The notes under the pieces are model-generated. The model was given only the letters and a program-made list of their open reading frames with translations, did not search any database and was not told the DNA's origin. A stretch of 62,204 nucleotides of DNA, counting the filler, from Nemertoderma westbladi (Eukaryota; Animalia; Xenacoelomorpha), in NCBI GenBank assembly GCA_032718475.1. It is 3 parts of 3 records of this genome, joined end to end, with 100 filler letters (N's around TTAATTAATTAA, not from the genome) between each part and the next. Parts side by side here need not be neighbours in the genome. Positions count along the whole stretch, not along the records: positions 57,990 to 62,204 come from JAUCBJ010003824.1; 2 more parts are not named here. One strand, written 5' to 3'. Below, in pieces: positions 60,482 through 62,204 of the stretch (positions are counted from its first letter, which is position 1; every line of letters begins with the position of its first letter). Both the position numbers and the translations under genes were made by a program.

Positions 60482-62145
60482 TCATTGATCAAGAAAACTT
60501 GCCACCTCCATGCAGCATAAAGGAGGTGCCACCTGTAGCTGCATAGACCCTCTTACTAGGGCAAATCTGGTCCTGTAACTAGGACCCCCTTCGTTCTTGG
60601 ATAAGGACGCCGTTGGTCCTGGATTAAGGACCCATATACTTGGCTGCAGGGGTATATGGCCTGGCCAGGCAGATAGTGATCTAGCAGTGGCTGGCCAGGA
60701 GTATAGTGTTCTCATGTCCACTCTGAGTGCACTTCACTGCGACCTACATCTGGCAGCAGGGGTACAGGGCATGACCCAGCAGATGAGCTGCACAGCCAAT
60801 GGTGGGTCATGTGCGCCAGAGTAGATATGGGTGATGGGCCTCATATCTGACTCCACTGCGACACCCACCCTGTGGAACGGCAAACCAGGGTGTGGTATTT
60901 GCCGCGAGAGCTGACTTGGCAAAAAAGCACCCCCAACCCCCCCCCCCCCCCCCACTATGGAATACATTAGTAATGCGGAGGTCCGGCCACTAGAGGCCAG
61001 TGGAATTACCGGACACAATCGGCCTCACAGGCGTCAGTTATCTCCTGACCGGTTGCCTGTCTCACCCCCTACTGGAGATAGAGCAGCCAACAATTCTTTG
61101 AGTCCCTTTCCTGATGACCTTTCTGGCCCAAACCCTGGGTCACCAGGGAGGCCAGATTATGATGGGGAGAGGGATTCTGGAGTTGGAGGCTACTCTCATG
61201 TTCCACCCCGACCAACAAAGCCATTGGTGAATCTGAGGCAAGTCACTAGACTAGCCTCAGTAAACACCCTAACACTCGGGTCCCCAATGCGACAAGGTGA
61301 GCTTACTGCCTTGGCAGATAAGCTTTCTCTTAGCGCAGTGGGTGTTCAAGTGCACCGAACGCAGACTGGACAGACTGATGAGGTTCTGATTAAGGACATG
61401 GAGGCGGTTGGCGACTCGCCCTCGCATCAGCAGATGATAGTGGCAATGGTAGAATTGGTCTATTGATGAATCCAACTGCACATGCAGCATTGGACAAAAT
61501 AGACCAAATCTCTAACCGCATCATCCGTTGCCACTTCTCATGTTCTGGAAGACTGGCTAAGAAGTTTCCTAAAGTGGTTCTGATTGTGTGCTACTCTCCA
61601 ACTAGTGTTGCCCCTGTAGAGGATGTGGAAAATTTCTACCACAATCTACAAGCAGCTACTGATGGAGTGGATCAGCATGCATTCTTAACATTCCTGGGAG
61701 ACTTTAATGCAAGTCTGCATCAATCACCTACATCGCCCTGTGTCTATAGCAATAGTGTTAACCGAAATTCTGTCCATCTTCAGGATTTTATCTCTGGAAA
61801 TGGATTGTTTTCGGCTGGAACCCAGTTCAAGAAGCGAACTGGAAAGCTATGGACTCATAGTGAACCCAGTGGTCACAAGTCCCAGATAGACCATATTCTG
61901 TTTCGTAGGAAATACAGGAGCTCTATACAAGACTGTAATGCATTTACACTTCGACCCTTCTCCAGTGATCACCGCCTTATTGTGGCCAAGGTAAGACTAA
62001 GTCTGCATGCTAGCAGAACAACGAAATCTGCCTTGCCGCGGCATGACTGGTCCTCTCTGTTGCAACAACCAAGTGTGAGATCCAGCTTCACACTACAGCT
62101 GAGCAACAGGTATGAGGCTCTTGCCTCTGAGGCGGCAGATCACTG
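60482..62145 (+). mobile_element. 5' half of an RTE-clade LINE (5' UTR plus endonuclease), same family as 9878-11717
   Basis: ORFs 60957-61466 and 61463-62176 form one frameshifted ORF (ATGGAGGCGG at ~61398 vs ATGGGGGGCGG in the 11.7-kb copy). APE motifs LASVNTLTL, VGVQVHR, CYSPT, GDFNA, IDHIL, SDH. The 5' boundary is approximate. Confidence 0.88.
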
Positions 62146-62204
62146 TGTTCGCGCTTTCAGACCTTTGGCAGTTTAACCCGCCAAATTAGGATGTCTTCTA
62201 TATA
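62146..62204. mobile_element. Start of an LTR inserted into the RTE, related to the solo LTR at 6733
   Basis: RTE homology stops at GATCACTG. It is followed by TGTTCGCGCTTTCAGACCTTTGGCAGTTTAACCCGCCAAA, similar to TGTACGCGCTTTTGAAGACCTTTAGCAGTTTAACCTGCCAAA at 6733. Confidence 0.75.

Noticed and set aside
60495-60925. HDV-like ribozyme pairing of TTGCCA (~60499) with TGGCAA (~60917)
   Set aside because: No P3/L3/P1 arrangement fits, and both segments have better local hairpin partners.

Overview
AT-rich metazoan (probably invertebrate) nuclear DNA. Three assembly pieces are joined by artificial 100-nt linkers (N44-TTAATTAATTAA-N44 at 30398-30497 and 57890-57989). Piece 1 (1-30397) holds two coding exons of CCDC61/VFL3 (- strand), the last exon of CWC15 (- strand) and one tRNA-Ala(TGC). 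These sit among dense transposable elements: a BEL/Pao gag-protease region, a solo LTR, a CR1/L2-type LINE, RTE-type LINE copies, Kolobok-, MuDR- and hAT-like non-autonomous elements, and piggyBac/hAT transposase remnants. Piece 2 (30498-57889) is almost entirely a ~27-kb inverted repeat of four satellites plus an RTE insertion. Its centre is G-depleted and decayed, most likely a long-read or assembly fold-back, and the piece ends in a KLHL8-like kelch exon. Piece 3 (57990-62204) contains the 5' half of an RTE LINE interrupted by an LTR. I found no convincing new multi-gene system. The best second-look signals are: a decayed 2A/StopGo peptide plus PHD module (~27.0-27.3 kb); minisatellites built from a splice site or a transposon end; an RTE inserted into the loop of a perfect hairpin; a perfect 258-bp palindrome; and a MuDR head-to-tail dimer inside one TSD pair. 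All family calls come from motif recognition by eye; no database search was run.
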